Below, one piece after another: positions 49,182-59,083 of a stretch of DNA of 64,000 nt. The DNA is from an uncultured Candidatus Rokubacteria bacterium (GTDB taxonomy: Bacteria > Methylomirabilota > Methylomirabilia > Rokubacteriales > CSP1-6). The position numbers were made by a program, and so were the translations under genes. The stretch is taken from the NCBI GenBank assembly GCA_963747235.1, contig CAVVEU010000031.1, forward strand, positions 64,001 through 128,000. The letters are read 5' to 3'. The notes beneath the pieces are model-generated. The model was not told the DNA's origin. It ran no database searches and was given only the letters and a program-made list of their open reading frames with translations. Within the stretch, counting starts at the first letter, position 1. The number at the start of each line of letters is the position of its first letter.

Positions 49182-51867
49182 CGTTCTCGATCGGAATGGG
49201 AGGGGCTTCCTTCACCGGCAGCGTGAAGCGGACCGTGATCCCGCCGCCGGGGCGGTTCTCCGCCCAGATGCGTCCGCCGTGCGCGGTGACGATCCCCTCG
49301 CAGATCGCGAGGCCGAGCCCGGCGCCCCGCACCGTCGGCGTGGCCTCGGAACGATGAAATTTCTCGAAGATGCGCCGCTCCTCGCCCGGCCGCAGCCCGG
49401 GGCCGCGATCGGCGACCTCGATCAGCACGGCGCCGCCGGTGTCCGCCGCCGTCACCTCGATCGGGCTCCCCGGCGGCGTGTACTTGAGGGCGTTGTCGAG
49501 GAGGTTGATCAGCACCTGCTCGATCAGCACGTCGTCCATCGGGACGAGCGGCAGATCGGACGGCACGCGGGTGGTGAGGGCGCGCCCCGCGAGGGCCTTG
49601 CCGAAGCGGCCGAGCGCGGCGCCGACGACCTCCTCGACGGGATGCCACTCGGTGTGGAGCTGCAGCGCGCCCGACTCGAGGCGCGTCATCTCGAGGAGGT
49701 TCTGCACCAGGCGGTTCAGCCGGTCGGCCTCCTCGTGCAGGGACTCCAGCAGGTCGCGGCGGGTGCCCGCGTCGAGGTGCGCTTCGTTGTCGAGCAAGGT
49801 GCTGGCCGCCCCGGTGATCGAGGCGAGCGGCGTGCGGAGATCGTGCGAGACCGAGCTCAGCAGCGAGTTGCGCAGCCGCTCGGTCTCGGCCCGCACCTGG
49901 GCCTGCTCCGCTTCCTCGGCGAGCCGCGCCCGCTCGATGGCCAGCGCGGTCTGGCTGGCGAAGGTCTCGAGCTGGTGGAGCTGCTCCGGCGCCTGCAGCG
50001 GGCGCGGATCCTGAGGTCGGAGCCCGAGCACGCCCACGCTGCCGCGCGACCCGGTGAGCGGCAGGTAGAGCCCGGAGGCGCCGGGGAGCGTGTCGGTGCC
50101 CTGTCCCGCGACCTGCCCGTGCTCGTGAACCCACTGGCTGACCGCCAGCTCGCTGGCGTCCAGCGGGAACTGCGCGACCGCGCCCTCGTCCGGAGCCAGT
50201 CGCCCGTCCGACTGCGGGAGCAGCACCACGACCCGGGCCCCGAACACCTCGGAGATGTGCCGCACCGCCACCTCGAGCAGCCCGCGGACACCGCGGGTGC
50301 TGGCCAGCTCGCGGCTCATCGCGTAGAGCGAGGCCATGCGCCGCGCGCGCTCGCGGGCCGACTCGGCCTGGGCGCGAATGCGCACCGCGAGGCCACTGAT
50401 CACGAGGGCCACCACCAGCATGACCGCGAAGGTGACGACGTACTGCGTGTCCGAGACCGCGAAGGTGAAGTAGGGCGGCACGAAGAAGAAGTCGAAGGCG
50501 GCCACGCTCAGCAGCGTCGCGAGCAGGGACCCGCCCCGGCCGTAGCGGGTGGCCACGATGATCACGCCGAGCAGGTAGACCATGATGAGGTTGGAGACTG
50601 CGAAGTACGGGAACATGGCCCACGCGATCGCGGTCGAGATCGCGACCACCACGAGGGCGGCGACGTAGGGCGTCCACTCCGTCTGCGATTGCCACGTGCG
50701 GGGCGGCATCGGCCGCGAATCGTCCCGATCGCCGCTGATCACGTAGACGTCGATCTCGCCGCTGCCCTGGACGAGCGTGTCCACGATCGAGCCCGCGGCG
50801 ATCCGCTTCCAGAGCGGCCGCTCCGGCTTGCCCACCACGATCTTGCTCACGTTGCGCGCCCGGGCGAACGCGAGGATCTCGTCGCTCATCCGCCCCCCGG
50901 TCAGGGTGTGCGTCTCGGCCCCGAGCTGCTCGGCCAGCCGCATGGTCTGGGCCACCCGATCGCGGGCGTCCTGGGTCAGGCGAGTCTGCGCCGCGGTCTC
51001 CACGTAGGCGACGATCCACTCCGCCCCGAGCCCCTCCGCCATGCGCTTGGCCGCGCGCACCAGGCGGATCGAGGAGGGGCTCGGCCCGATGCAGACCAGC
51101 AGCCGCTCCCGCACCGGCCACGTCTCGTGGATCGCGTGGTCGCGCATGTAGTGGCGCATCTCGGCGTCCACGTGCTGCGCGGTCACCCGCAGGGCCAGCT
51201 CGCGCAGCGCGATCAGGTTGCCCTTGCGGAAGAAGTTCTCGATGGCCTCGCGGGCCTGGTCGGGGATGTAGATCTTGCCGTCCCGGAGGCGGTGGAGGAG
51301 GTCGTCGGGGGGCAGGTCGATCAGCTCGACCTCGTCGGTGTGCTCGAAGATGGAGTCCGGCACCGTCTCGCGCACGACCACGCCGGTGATCCTGGCCACC
51401 ACGTCGTTCAGGCTCTCGACGTGCTGCACGTTCATCGCCGAGTAGACGTTGATCCCGGCGTCGAGCAGCTCGACCACATCCTGCCAGCGCTTGGCGTGCC
51501 GCGAGCCGGGCGCGTTGGTGTGGGCCAGCTCGTCCACCAGCATGATGGTGGGCCGGCGCGCCAGGGCCGCGTCCAGATCGAACTCCCGCAGCGTGGTGCC
51601 CCGGTACTCCATCGGCCGCCGGGGCAGGATCTCAAGGTCGCCCACGAGGGCCTCGGTGTCGGCACGGCCGTGGGTCTCCACCCAGCCCACCACGACGTCC
51701 ACGCCCTGAGCCCGCTGCTCGCGGGCCGCCTCGAGCATGGCGTAGGTCTTGCCGACCCCTGCGGCGGCGCCGAAAAAGATCTTGAGCTTGCCGCGTCCCT
51801 GGCGGGTTTCCGCCTCCTTGACACGGGCCAGCAGCTCGTCCGGATCAGGTCGGCGCTCGGTAGTCAT
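49171..51867 (-). CDS. kdpD: Sensor histidine kinase KdpD
   Basis: GAAAGVGKTYAML, VDELAHTN, KRWQDV.ELL.AGI, Usp domain, 4 TM, GAF, SVSHDLRTPL, GLGL. Confidence 0.97.
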   Translation of the reverse strand: MTTERRPDPDELLARVKEAETRQGRGKLKIFFGAAAGVGKTYAMLEAAREQRAQGVDVVVGWVETHGRADTEALVGDLEILPRRPMEYRGTTLREFDLDAALARRPTIMLVDELAHTNAPGSRHAKRWQDVVELLDAGINVYSAMNVQHVESLNDVVARITGVVVRETVPDSIFEHTDEVELIDLPPDDLLHRLRDGKIYIPDQAREAIENFFRKGNLIALRELALRVTAQHVDAEMRHYMRDHAIHETWPVRERLLVCIGPSPSSIRLVRAAKRMAEGLGAEWIVAYVETAAQTRLTQDARDRVAQTMRLAEQLGAETHTLTGGRMSDEILAFARARNVSKIVVGKPERPLWKRIAAGSIVDTLVQGSGEIDVYVISGDRDDSRPMPPRTWQSQTEWTPYVAALVVVAISTAIAWAMFPYFAVSNLIMVYLLGVIIVATRYGRGGSLLATLLSVAAFDFFFVPPYFTFAVSDTQYVVTFAVMLVVALVISGLAVRIRAQAESARERARRMASLYAMSRELASTRGVRGLLEVAVRHISEVFGARVVVLLPQSDGRLAPDEGAVAQFPLDASELAVSQWVHEHGQVAGQGTDTLPGASGLYLPLTGSRGSVGVLGLRPQDPRPLQAPEQLHQLETFASQTALAIERARLAEEAEQAQVRAETERLRNSLLSSVSHDLRTPLASITGAASTLLDNEAHLDAGTRRDLLESLHEEADRLNRLVQNLLEMTRLESGALQLHTEWHPVEEVVGAALGRFGKALAGRALTTRVPSDLPLVPMDDVLIEQVLINLLDNALKYTPPGSPIEVTAADTGGAVLIEVADRGPGLRPGEERRIFEKFHRSEATPTVRGAGLGLAICEGIVTAHGGRIWAENRPGGGITVRFTLPVKEAPPIPIENDAA

Positions 51868-51921
51868 GAGGCAGTCCGGCGCCAGACTACGACGGAACGA
51901 GCACCCGATTCAACCGACGGG

Positions 51922-52383
51922 CTACGTCTCCGCAGGGTGACCGAACGGGTTGGGGAGCAGAAGGCGCCTGATGAGATCACTGCGGAATAGGGCGCCGGCG
52001 ACGATCCCATGGTCGACCACCGCGATGACGTTCACGGCGTACTCGTCGAATAGACGGATGGCCGACGTCGCGGGCGTGAACGGATCCACCGCGATCACGC
52101 GCCTCAGCATGAGATCGGCCGCCACCAGGGTGAACAGGTGCTCGTCCGTCCCAAGTTCTCCGCCATCGGCCACGAGCTGGCGCCACCACGGACGGTTCCG
52201 GCCGGCATGAAGCCCGGCTACCAGCTGCTCATCTCCAATCGACCCGGCCACGCGCCCACGTCCGTCGACGACGAGCACCCCTTCGACACCCATGTCCACC
52301 ATGACCTCTATGACGCGACGAGCCGGAGCGTGCGGGGGCACCACCGGCGCGTCGTATCGCATCATCTCGCCGACCGAGAGCAT
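51922..52383 (-). CDS. CBS-pair protein (degenerate)
   Basis: VGEMM, VVD..G...G, internal R.WW..L segment like the neighbouring CBS protein, G....SDL. Confidence 0.7.
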   Translation of the reverse strand: MLSVGEMMRYDAPVVPPHAPARRVIEVMVDMGVEGVLVVDGRGRVAGSIGDEQLVAGLHAGRNRPWWRQLVADGGELGTDEHLFTLVAADLMLRRVIAVDPFTPATSAIRLFDEYAVNVIAVVDHGIVAGALFRSDLIRRLLLPNPFGHPAET

Positions 52384-52391
52384 GGCTCCGC

Positions 52392-53138
52392 TCAGACCAT
52401 CTCGTGATACCGGTAGCGCGGGCCGAGCGCGAGGAGATGGTCCTCGATCGCCTGGCAGCCTGGTACGGCACGAGCCATCGTGATCAGGGCGGCCTTCTCC
52501 GCATCGCCGCCCACCACTCCCCAGAGCGTCAGGACCCCGTCGCGCGCTTCAACGGTCGGCCGCAACCTCGGGATCCAGGACTCCTGCTCCATCCGCTCTT
52601 TCATGTCAGCGACCAGATCCGCATCGGCGCGCCGGCCCGGCGCCACGGGCCTCGTCGAAAGGCCTTCCGCGAGATCCCGGCGCCCGACGGCGCCGACCAG
52701 CCGGCCGGCCGAGACCACCGGGACCAGGTCGAGTTCCGCGGCGTCGAACAGGCGGGCCGCCGCGTGCAGCGAGGTCTCGGGACTCACGGTGGTCGGAGCA
52801 CACGTCATGACTTCCCCCACCGTGATGCCGCTCGCCTTCCGGTATTCCCGGGCGAGCTGCTCGGTCTCGACGAAGAAGTGCCACCACGGCCGGCGTCGCC
52901 GGGGGGCCAGGCGCGCGATCAGATCGTGCTCGCTCAGCACGCCGACCACGCCGCCCTTCGAGTCGACGACCGGAAGGCCCGGGAGCCCCTGTTCCCGGAG
53001 GAGCCGGGCCGCCTCATGGATCGGGGTATCCGGCGAGATCGTGGTGACCTCGCGCGCCATCACGTCGGCAACGGACATTGGGTCGGGAGAGCGGCCGAAG
53101 GCCGCCCGGCGCATCGGAGTGGTCTGCAGGGCTCGCAT
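52392..53138 (-). CDS. CBS-pair plus BON domain protein
   Basis: V.DVM.REV, LPVVD..G.VVGVLSE.DL, VGEVMT, C-terminal DG.LTL.G.V...A..VPG...IED.L. Confidence 0.85.
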   Translation of the reverse strand: MRALQTTPMRRAAFGRSPDPMSVADVMAREVTTISPDTPIHEAARLLREQGLPGLPVVDSKGGVVGVLSEHDLIARLAPRRRRPWWHFFVETEQLAREYRKASGITVGEVMTCAPTTVSPETSLHAAARLFDAAELDLVPVVSAGRLVGAVGRRDLAEGLSTRPVAPGRRADADLVADMKERMEQESWIPRLRPTVEARDGVLTLWGVVGGDAEKAALITMARAVPGCQAIEDHLLALGPRYRYHEMV

Positions 53139-53173
53139 GGTTGATCCTCCTGCCTCAGTAGATGCGGGGGGCC

Positions 53174-53249
53174 CATCAAGATGGCATCAAATTGGGGTCA
53201 TAGCCGCTCAACGAACGATCAAGCCCCGATTCTTGATGGCGCCTTGACC
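53174..53249. promoter_or_regulatory. Phased TTGA direct-repeat boxes in the divergent CBS-BON/Usp intergenic region
   Basis: TCAA at 53176, 53187, 53208, 53219 (minus-strand TTGA); plus-strand TTGATG 53233 and TTGACC 53244. Confidence 0.6.
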
Positions 53250-53289
53250 GGGGTTCGGCTAGCCTCACCGCCAGGGGGGCGTACCGTCC

Positions 53290-54123
53290 ATGCTCCGATC
53301 AGCACTCGTTGCGCTCGATGGCTCGGCCTACAGCGAGACCGCGACGGCTCTCGCGATCGACTGGGCCAAACGGTACGGGGCCCGATTGATCGGCCTGGGT
53401 GTGCTCGACGCGCCCTCCATCCAGGGCGCGGAGCCGGTGCCTCTCGGGGCCGGCGCCTACAAGCAGGCGCGCGACGAGGCGCGGCTGGCCGACGCGCACC
53501 GTCGGGTGGTGGACTTCCTGACCGCCTTTCGCGCCCGCGGCGAGGCGGCCGGCATCGCGGTGGATGCGCTCGAGGACATCGGCGACCCCGCCGCCCATAT
53601 CCTGCGCGAGGCGCACCGGTGCGACCTGGTCATCCTCGCCCGCGAGACGCATTTTCACTTCGAGACACAGGAGCAGCCCGACGAGACGCTCGCCCAGGTC
53701 CTGCGGGGCAGCCCGCGGCCGGTGGTGACCGTGCCGCGCGAGCTCCCGCAGGGGCAGGGGGTCGTTGTGGCCTACGGGGGCGGGCAAGAGGCCGCCCGCA
53801 CACTGCAGACGTTTCAGCTTCTCGGCCTTGCCGCGGGCGAGGCCATCGAGGTCGTGAGCATCCACCGCGACGGCGCCGAGGCTGAGGCGCTGACGCATCT
53901 GGCAGGGGAGTACTTGACGGCCCATGGAGCCCGGCATCGACTGCGCGCCATCGTCTCGGCCGCGCCGCCGGCCGATATCCTCCTGGAGGAGATCCGGCGC
54001 GTCCGCCCCCGCCTGCTCGTGATGGGCGCTCACGGCCGCCATCCCCTGCGCGATCTGTTCGGCACCTCGGTCACTCGCGCCGTCCTGCGCGCGTGTCCCG
54101 TTCCCGCGTTCATCGGCTCGTAG
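53290..54123 (+). CDS. Tandem universal stress protein (Usp)
   Basis: LVALDGS..S, GDP...I, VVAY.G, LLVMGAHG, FG.SVT..VL...P.P. Confidence 0.9.
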   Translation: MLRSALVALDGSAYSETATALAIDWAKRYGARLIGLGVLDAPSIQGAEPVPLGAGAYKQARDEARLADAHRRVVDFLTAFRARGEAAGIAVDALEDIGDPAAHILREAHRCDLVILARETHFHFETQEQPDETLAQVLRGSPRPVVTVPRELPQGQGVVVAYGGGQEAARTLQTFQLLGLAAGEAIEVVSIHRDGAEAEALTHLAGEYLTAHGARHRLRAIVSAAPPADILLEEIRRVRPRLLVMGAHGRHPLRDLFGTSVTRAVLRACPVPAFIGS

Positions 54124-54276
54124 GCGGATATCCCCGGCCTGGCGGGTCACTGACGGGACACGTGCGGTCCCTCGGCGGGGCACGGCCGCCCCGGCGCCGA
54201 GAGTCTTGATTACCAGGTCTGCCTGAACAATAGCAATTCCGCGTGGCACGGTTGATGCCGTGCACCCACCGGCGTC

Positions 54277-54342
54277 TTGAGGTCCTCTTGATGCGGAGGG
54301 GCACCTTCTTGAGACCCCTCTGAGAGGGGCCCCGGCTAGGAT
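54277..54342 (+). promoter_or_regulatory. kdp operon promoter: phased TTGA boxes and -10-like TAGGAT
   Basis: TTGA 54277, 54288, 54309 and CTGA 54320; TAGGAT 54337-54342. Confidence 0.55.
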
Positions 54343-54400
54343 TCACGTTTGGGAGATTTGACGCGATGACCGAGACGGCAGGCGAGAAGGAGAGCGTGTG

Positions 54401-54484
54401 ATGGCGGACATTCTATACCTCGGTGTGACCCTCGTGTTCTTTTGGCTGTCGTGGCTCCTGGTCGTGCTCTGTGAGCGGCTGTAG
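54401..54484 (+). CDS. 27-aa hydrophobic peptide upstream of kdpF
   Basis: [27 protein letters not shown] with AAGGAG RBS; its stop abuts the kdpF RBS; absent from the ORF track. Confidence 0.75.
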   Translation: MADILYLGVTLVFFWLSWLLVVLCERL

Positions 54485-54493
54485 GAGGCATCC

Positions 54494-54586
54494 ATGCCCA
54501 TGCTCTACGTCGTCGGCGCGGTGGTGTCCCTGGGACTTCTGGTCTATCTGGTGCTGGCCCTGCTGAAGCCGGAGCTCTTTCAATGA
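54494..54586 (+). CDS. kdpF: K+-transporting ATPase subunit F
   Basis: [30 protein letters not shown]: YL..ALL.PE.F signature, AGGAGG RBS, ATGA overlap with kdpA. Confidence 0.9.
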   Translation: MPMLYVVGAVVSLGLLVYLVLALLKPELFQ

Positions 54587-56389
54587 CTGCGAACGGTATC
54601 TTCCAGCTCGTCCTCTACGTGGTGGTGCTGCTCGCCCTGGCCAAGCCGCTCGGGGCATACATGGCGCGCGTCTACGAGGGACGCCGTGTCGCCCTCGATC
54701 GCGTCCTCGGCTGGCTCGAGCGCCTCATCTATCGCGCGGGCGGCGTGTGGCCGAACGCGGAGATGGGCTGGAAGACGTACGCGCTGGCGATGCTCGCGTT
54801 CAACCTGCTCGGCCTGCTCGCGGTGTACCTGCTCCAGCGGGTCCAGGGCGGCCTGCCCTTCAATCCCCAGGGGATGGCCGCGGTCTCGCCCGATTCTTCC
54901 TTCAACACCGCGGTGAGCTTCGCCACCAACACCAACTGGCAGGGCTATGGCGGCGAGACCACCATGAGCTACCTGACCCAGATGCTCGCCCTCACGGTGC
55001 AGAACTTCGTGTCCGCGGCTTCCGGCATGGCGACCCTGGTCGCGCTGATCCGGGGCTTCGCGCGGCGCTCGTCCGAGACCATCGGGAACTTCTGGGTGGA
55101 CCTGACCCGGGGGACGCTCTACATCCTGCTCCCGCTGTCGTTCGTGCTCGCCCTTGCCCTGGTGTCCCAGGGGGTCGTCCAGACGTTCAGCCCCTACGCC
55201 ACGGCCACCGTGGTCCAGCCGACCCAGTACGAGGAGCCCGAGACCGACAAGGAGGGCAAGCCCGTGCTCGACGCGAAGGGCCAGCCCAGGATGAAGAAGT
55301 CCACGCTGACCGAGCAGGTCATCGCGGTGGGCCCGGCCGCCTCGCAGATCGCCATCAAGCAGCTCGGGACCAACGGGGGCGGCTTCTTCAACGTCAACTC
55401 GAGCCATCCGTTCGAGAACTCCACACCGTTCTCGAACTTCCTCGAGCTGCTGTCGATCCTGCTCATCCGCGGCGGCGCTCTGCTACACCTTCGGCGTCAT
55501 GGTCGGGGACACCCGCCAGGGCTGGACGGTGCTGGCGGCCATGACCGTGATCTTCGTGGTGCTGCTCGGGGTCTGTTACGTGGCCGAGCAGAACGGAGCC
55601 GTCTTCGTCAAGCAGGGGGCGGATCACGCCGCGAGCGCACTCCAGTCGGGCGGCAACATGGAGGGCAAGGAGGTCCGCTTCGGCATCGCCAACTCGGCCC
55701 TCTGGGCCACCGCCACCACGTCCGCCTCCAACGGCTCGGTCAACTCGATGCACGATTCGTTCACGCCGCTGGGCGGGCTCGTGCCGCTGTGGATGATCCA
55801 GCTCGGCGAGGTCGTCTATGGCGGGGTGGGCTCGGGCCTCTACGGCATGCTCATGTTCGCCATCGTCGCGGTCTTCGTGGCGGGCCTGATGGTGGGCCGC
55901 ACGCCCGAGTACCTGGGCAAGAAGATCGAGGCCTACGAGATGAAGATGTCGTCGCTCGTCATCCTGATCACGCCGGCGCTGGTGCTGATCGGCACATCGA
56001 TCGCGGTGGTCACCGCGTCGGGGAAGGCGGGTATTCTCAACCCCGGCATCCATGGGTTCAGCGAGATCCTCTACGCCTTCTCCTCGGCGTCCAACAACAA
56101 CGGCAGCGCCTTCGCGGGGCTCTCCGCCAACACGCCGTTCTACAACACCGCGCTCGGGCTGGCCATGCTGTTCGGCCGGTACTGGCTGGCGGTGCCGGTC
56201 CTGGCCATCGCGGGCTCACTGGCCCGGAAGAAGATCGTCCCGACGGGGCCGGGGACGCTCGCGACCCACACGCCCCTGTTCGTCGTCCTGCTGATCGGCG
56301 TGGTGGTCCTCGTCGGCGCCCTGACGTTCGTGCCGGCCCTGGCCCTGGGCCCGATCGTCGAGCATCTCACCTTGATCGCAGGGAAGTAG
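54583..56389 (+). CDS. kdpA: K+-transporting ATPase subunit A, frameshift near 55468
   Basis: [54 protein letters not shown]. Confidence 0.95.
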
Positions 56390-56399
56390 GAGCTGACAC

Positions 56400-58475
56400 A
56401 TGGCTAGCACCGTGGCCCGATCGCGCTCGCTCTTCGACACCGGGATCGTCAAGCAGGCGATCGTCGATTCGTTCCGGAAGCTGACGTTCAAGCGCCAGGT
56501 GCGCAATCCGGTGATGTTCGTGGTCTACGTCGGCTCCATTCTCACGACCCTCCTCTGGTTCCAGGCCCTGGTCGGCAAGGGTGAGGCGCCGGGCTGGTTC
56601 ATCTTCTGGGTCTCGGTCTGGCTCTGGTTCACCGTGCTCTTCGCGAACTTCGCCGAGGCCATGGCGGAAGGCCGAGGCAAGGCCCAGGCCGCGGCATTGC
56701 GAAGCGCGCGCCGCGATTTGCAGGCCAAGCGGCTGCCGCGTCCGGAGCGGACGGCCCGGTACGAGGCGGTCTCGGCCTCGGACCTGCGCAAGGGCGATCT
56801 GGTGCTGGTGGAGGCGAGCGACTTCATCCCGGCCGACGGGACCGTCGTCGTGGGTATCGCCTCGGTCAACGAGGCCGCGATCACCGGCGAGAGCGCGCCC
56901 GTGATCCGCGAGGCCGGCGGAGACCGGAGCTCGGTCACCGGCGGCACCCAGGTGCTGTCCGACTGGATCATCGTCGAGGTCACCGCCAACCCCGGCGAAG
57001 CGTTCCTGGACCGGATGATCGCGCTGGTCGAGGGCGCCAAGCGGCAGAAGACCCCCAACGAGATCGCGCTCGATATCCTGCTGGCCGCGCTGACCATCGT
57101 CTTCCTGCTGGCCACCGCCACCCTGCTGCCCTTCTCGCTCTACAGCGTCGGCGCGGCGGGCCAGGGCTCCCCGGTCACGGTCACGGTGCTGGTGGCGTTG
57201 CTCGTGTGCCTGATCCCGACCACGATCGGCGCGCTCCTCTCCGCCATCGGCATCGCGGGCATGGACCGGATGATCCAGAAGAACGTCATCGCCATGTCCG
57301 GGCGGGCCGTCGAGGCCGCGGGCGACGTGGACGTGCTGCTGCTGGACAAGACGGGCACGATCACGCTGGGCAATCGCCAGGCCACCGCCTTCGTGCCCGC
57401 GGCCGGCGTCACCGAGGCCGCGCTGGCCGACGCGGCCCAGCTGGCGTCGCTGGCCGACGAGACTCCGGAAGGACGCAGCATCGTCGTCCTCGCCAAGGAG
57501 AAGTATCAGATCCGGGAGCGCGAGATCGAGAAGCTCGGCGCGACCTTCGTGCCCTTCACGGCCCAGACCCGCATGAGCGGCGTCAACCTGAACAGCCGGC
57601 AGGTCCGCAAGGGCGCGGCCGACGCCATCGAGGCCCACGTCAAGACGCTGGGCGGCACCTTTCCCGCGGAGGTCCGCCAGAGCGTGGACACGATCGCCAA
57701 GGCGGGGGCGACGCCCCTCGTGGTCTGCGACGGAGCCAAGGTGCTGGGGGCCATCCAGCTCAAGGACATCGTCAAGGGCGGTATCCGCGAGCGCTTCGCC
57801 CAGCTCCGCCGCATGGGCATCAAGACCATCATGATCACCGGCGACAACCCGCTCACCGCGGCCGCCATCAGCGCGGAGGCGGGGGTGGACGACTTCCTGG
57901 CCCAGGCCACCCCGGAGGCCAAGCTCAAGCTGATCCGGGACCTCCAGGGGCAGGGCCGGCTCGTCGCGATGACCGGCGACGGCACCAACGACGCGCCCGC
58001 GCTCGCCCAGGCCGACGTGGCGGTGGCGATGAACACCGGCACCCAGGCCGCCAAGGAAGCGGGCAACATGATCGATCTCGACTCCAACCCGACCAAGCTG
58101 CTCGAGGTGGTCGAGACCGGCAAGCAGATGCTGATGACCCGCGGCGCGCTCACCACGTTCAGCATCGCCAACGACGTGGCCAAGTACTTCGCGATCATCC
58201 CGGCCGCCTTCGCCACCACCTACCCGGCGCTGGCGATGCTGAACATCATGGGGCTGGCCACCCCGGAGAGCGCGATCCTGTCCGCGGTCATCTTCAACGC
58301 GCTCATCATCGTCGCCTTGATCCCGCTGTCGCTGAAGGGCGTGCGGTACCGCTCGCTCGGGGCGGCCGCCGTGCTGCGGCGTCACCTGTGGATCTACGGC
58401 GTCGGGGGGCTCATCATTCCCTTCCCGGGCATCAAGATCATCGACATGATCCTGGTCGCCCTGAAGCTCGTGTGA
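56400..58475 (+). CDS. kdpB: K+-transporting ATPase subunit B (P-type)
   Basis: [34 protein letters not shown]. Confidence 0.98.
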   Translation: MASTVARSRSLFDTGIVKQAIVDSFRKLTFKRQVRNPVMFVVYVGSILTTLLWFQALVGKGEAPGWFIFWVSVWLWFTVLFANFAEAMAEGRGKAQAAALRSARRDLQAKRLPRPERTARYEAVSASDLRKGDLVLVEASDFIPADGTVVVGIASVNEAAITGESAPVIREAGGDRSSVTGGTQVLSDWIIVEVTANPGEAFLDRMIALVEGAKRQKTPNEIALDILLAALTIVFLLATATLLPFSLYSVGAAGQGSPVTVTVLVALLVCLIPTTIGALLSAIGIAGMDRMIQKNVIAMSGRAVEAAGDVDVLLLDKTGTITLGNRQATAFVPAAGVTEAALADAAQLASLADETPEGRSIVVLAKEKYQIREREIEKLGATFVPFTAQTRMSGVNLNSRQVRKGAADAIEAHVKTLGGTFPAEVRQSVDTIAKAGATPLVVCDGAKVLGAIQLKDIVKGGIRERFAQLRRMGIKTIMITGDNPLTAAAISAEAGVDDFLAQATPEAKLKLIRDLQGQGRLVAMTGDGTNDAPALAQADVAVAMNTGTQAAKEAGNMIDLDSNPTKLLEVVETGKQMLMTRGALTTFSIANDVAKYFAIIPAAFATTYPALAMLNIMGLATPESAILSAVIFNALIIVALIPLSLKGVRYRSLGAAAVLRRHLWIYGVGGLIIPFPGIKIIDMILVALKLV

Positions 58476-58489
58476 GTGGAGGAACCACC

Positions 58490-59059
58490 ATGGCTGCGCA
58501 CCTGAGGCCCGCTCTGATGTCGCTGTTGCTCCTCACCCTGATCACCGGCGTCGTCTACCCGCTGGTGGTGACCGGCATCGCCCAGATGGTCTTTCCCTTC
58601 CAGGCGAACGGCAGCCTGATCGTGAAGGACGGGAAGGTGGTGGGCTCGGCGCTCATCGGGCAGCCCTTCGACGACCCCAAGTACTTCTGGGGCCGTCCCT
58701 CGGCGACGAGTCCGTTCCCCAACAATGCGGCGGCCTCGTCCGGCTCGAACCTGAGCCCGACGAACCCGGCGCTGATCAGCGCGGTGCAGGGGCGGGTGGA
58801 CGCGCTGCGGGCCGCGGACCCGACCAACAAGGCGGCGGTTCCGGTGGATCTCGTGACCGCGTCCGGCAGCGGGCTCGATCCCCACATCAGCCCGGCCGCG
58901 GCGCTCTATCAGGTCTCTCGCGTCGCGCGGGAGCGCAAGCTCGCGCCGGACGCGGTGCGCGCGCTCGTCGACCGGCATACGGAGGGACGCTTCCTCGGCC
59001 TCCTCGGGGAGCCCCGCGTGAACGTGCTGGCCTTGAACCTCGCGCTGGACGGCCGGTAA
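58490..59059 (+). CDS. kdpC: K+-transporting ATPase subunit C
   Basis: [44 protein letters not shown]. Confidence 0.96.
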   Translation: MAAHLRPALMSLLLLTLITGVVYPLVVTGIAQMVFPFQANGSLIVKDGKVVGSALIGQPFDDPKYFWGRPSATSPFPNNAAASSGSNLSPTNPALISAVQGRVDALRAADPTNKAAVPVDLVTASGSGLDPHISPAAALYQVSRVARERKLAPDAVRALVDRHTEGRFLGLLGEPRVNVLALNLALDGR

Positions 59060-59083
59060 CGCGGCGAACCGGAGGGATCAACG

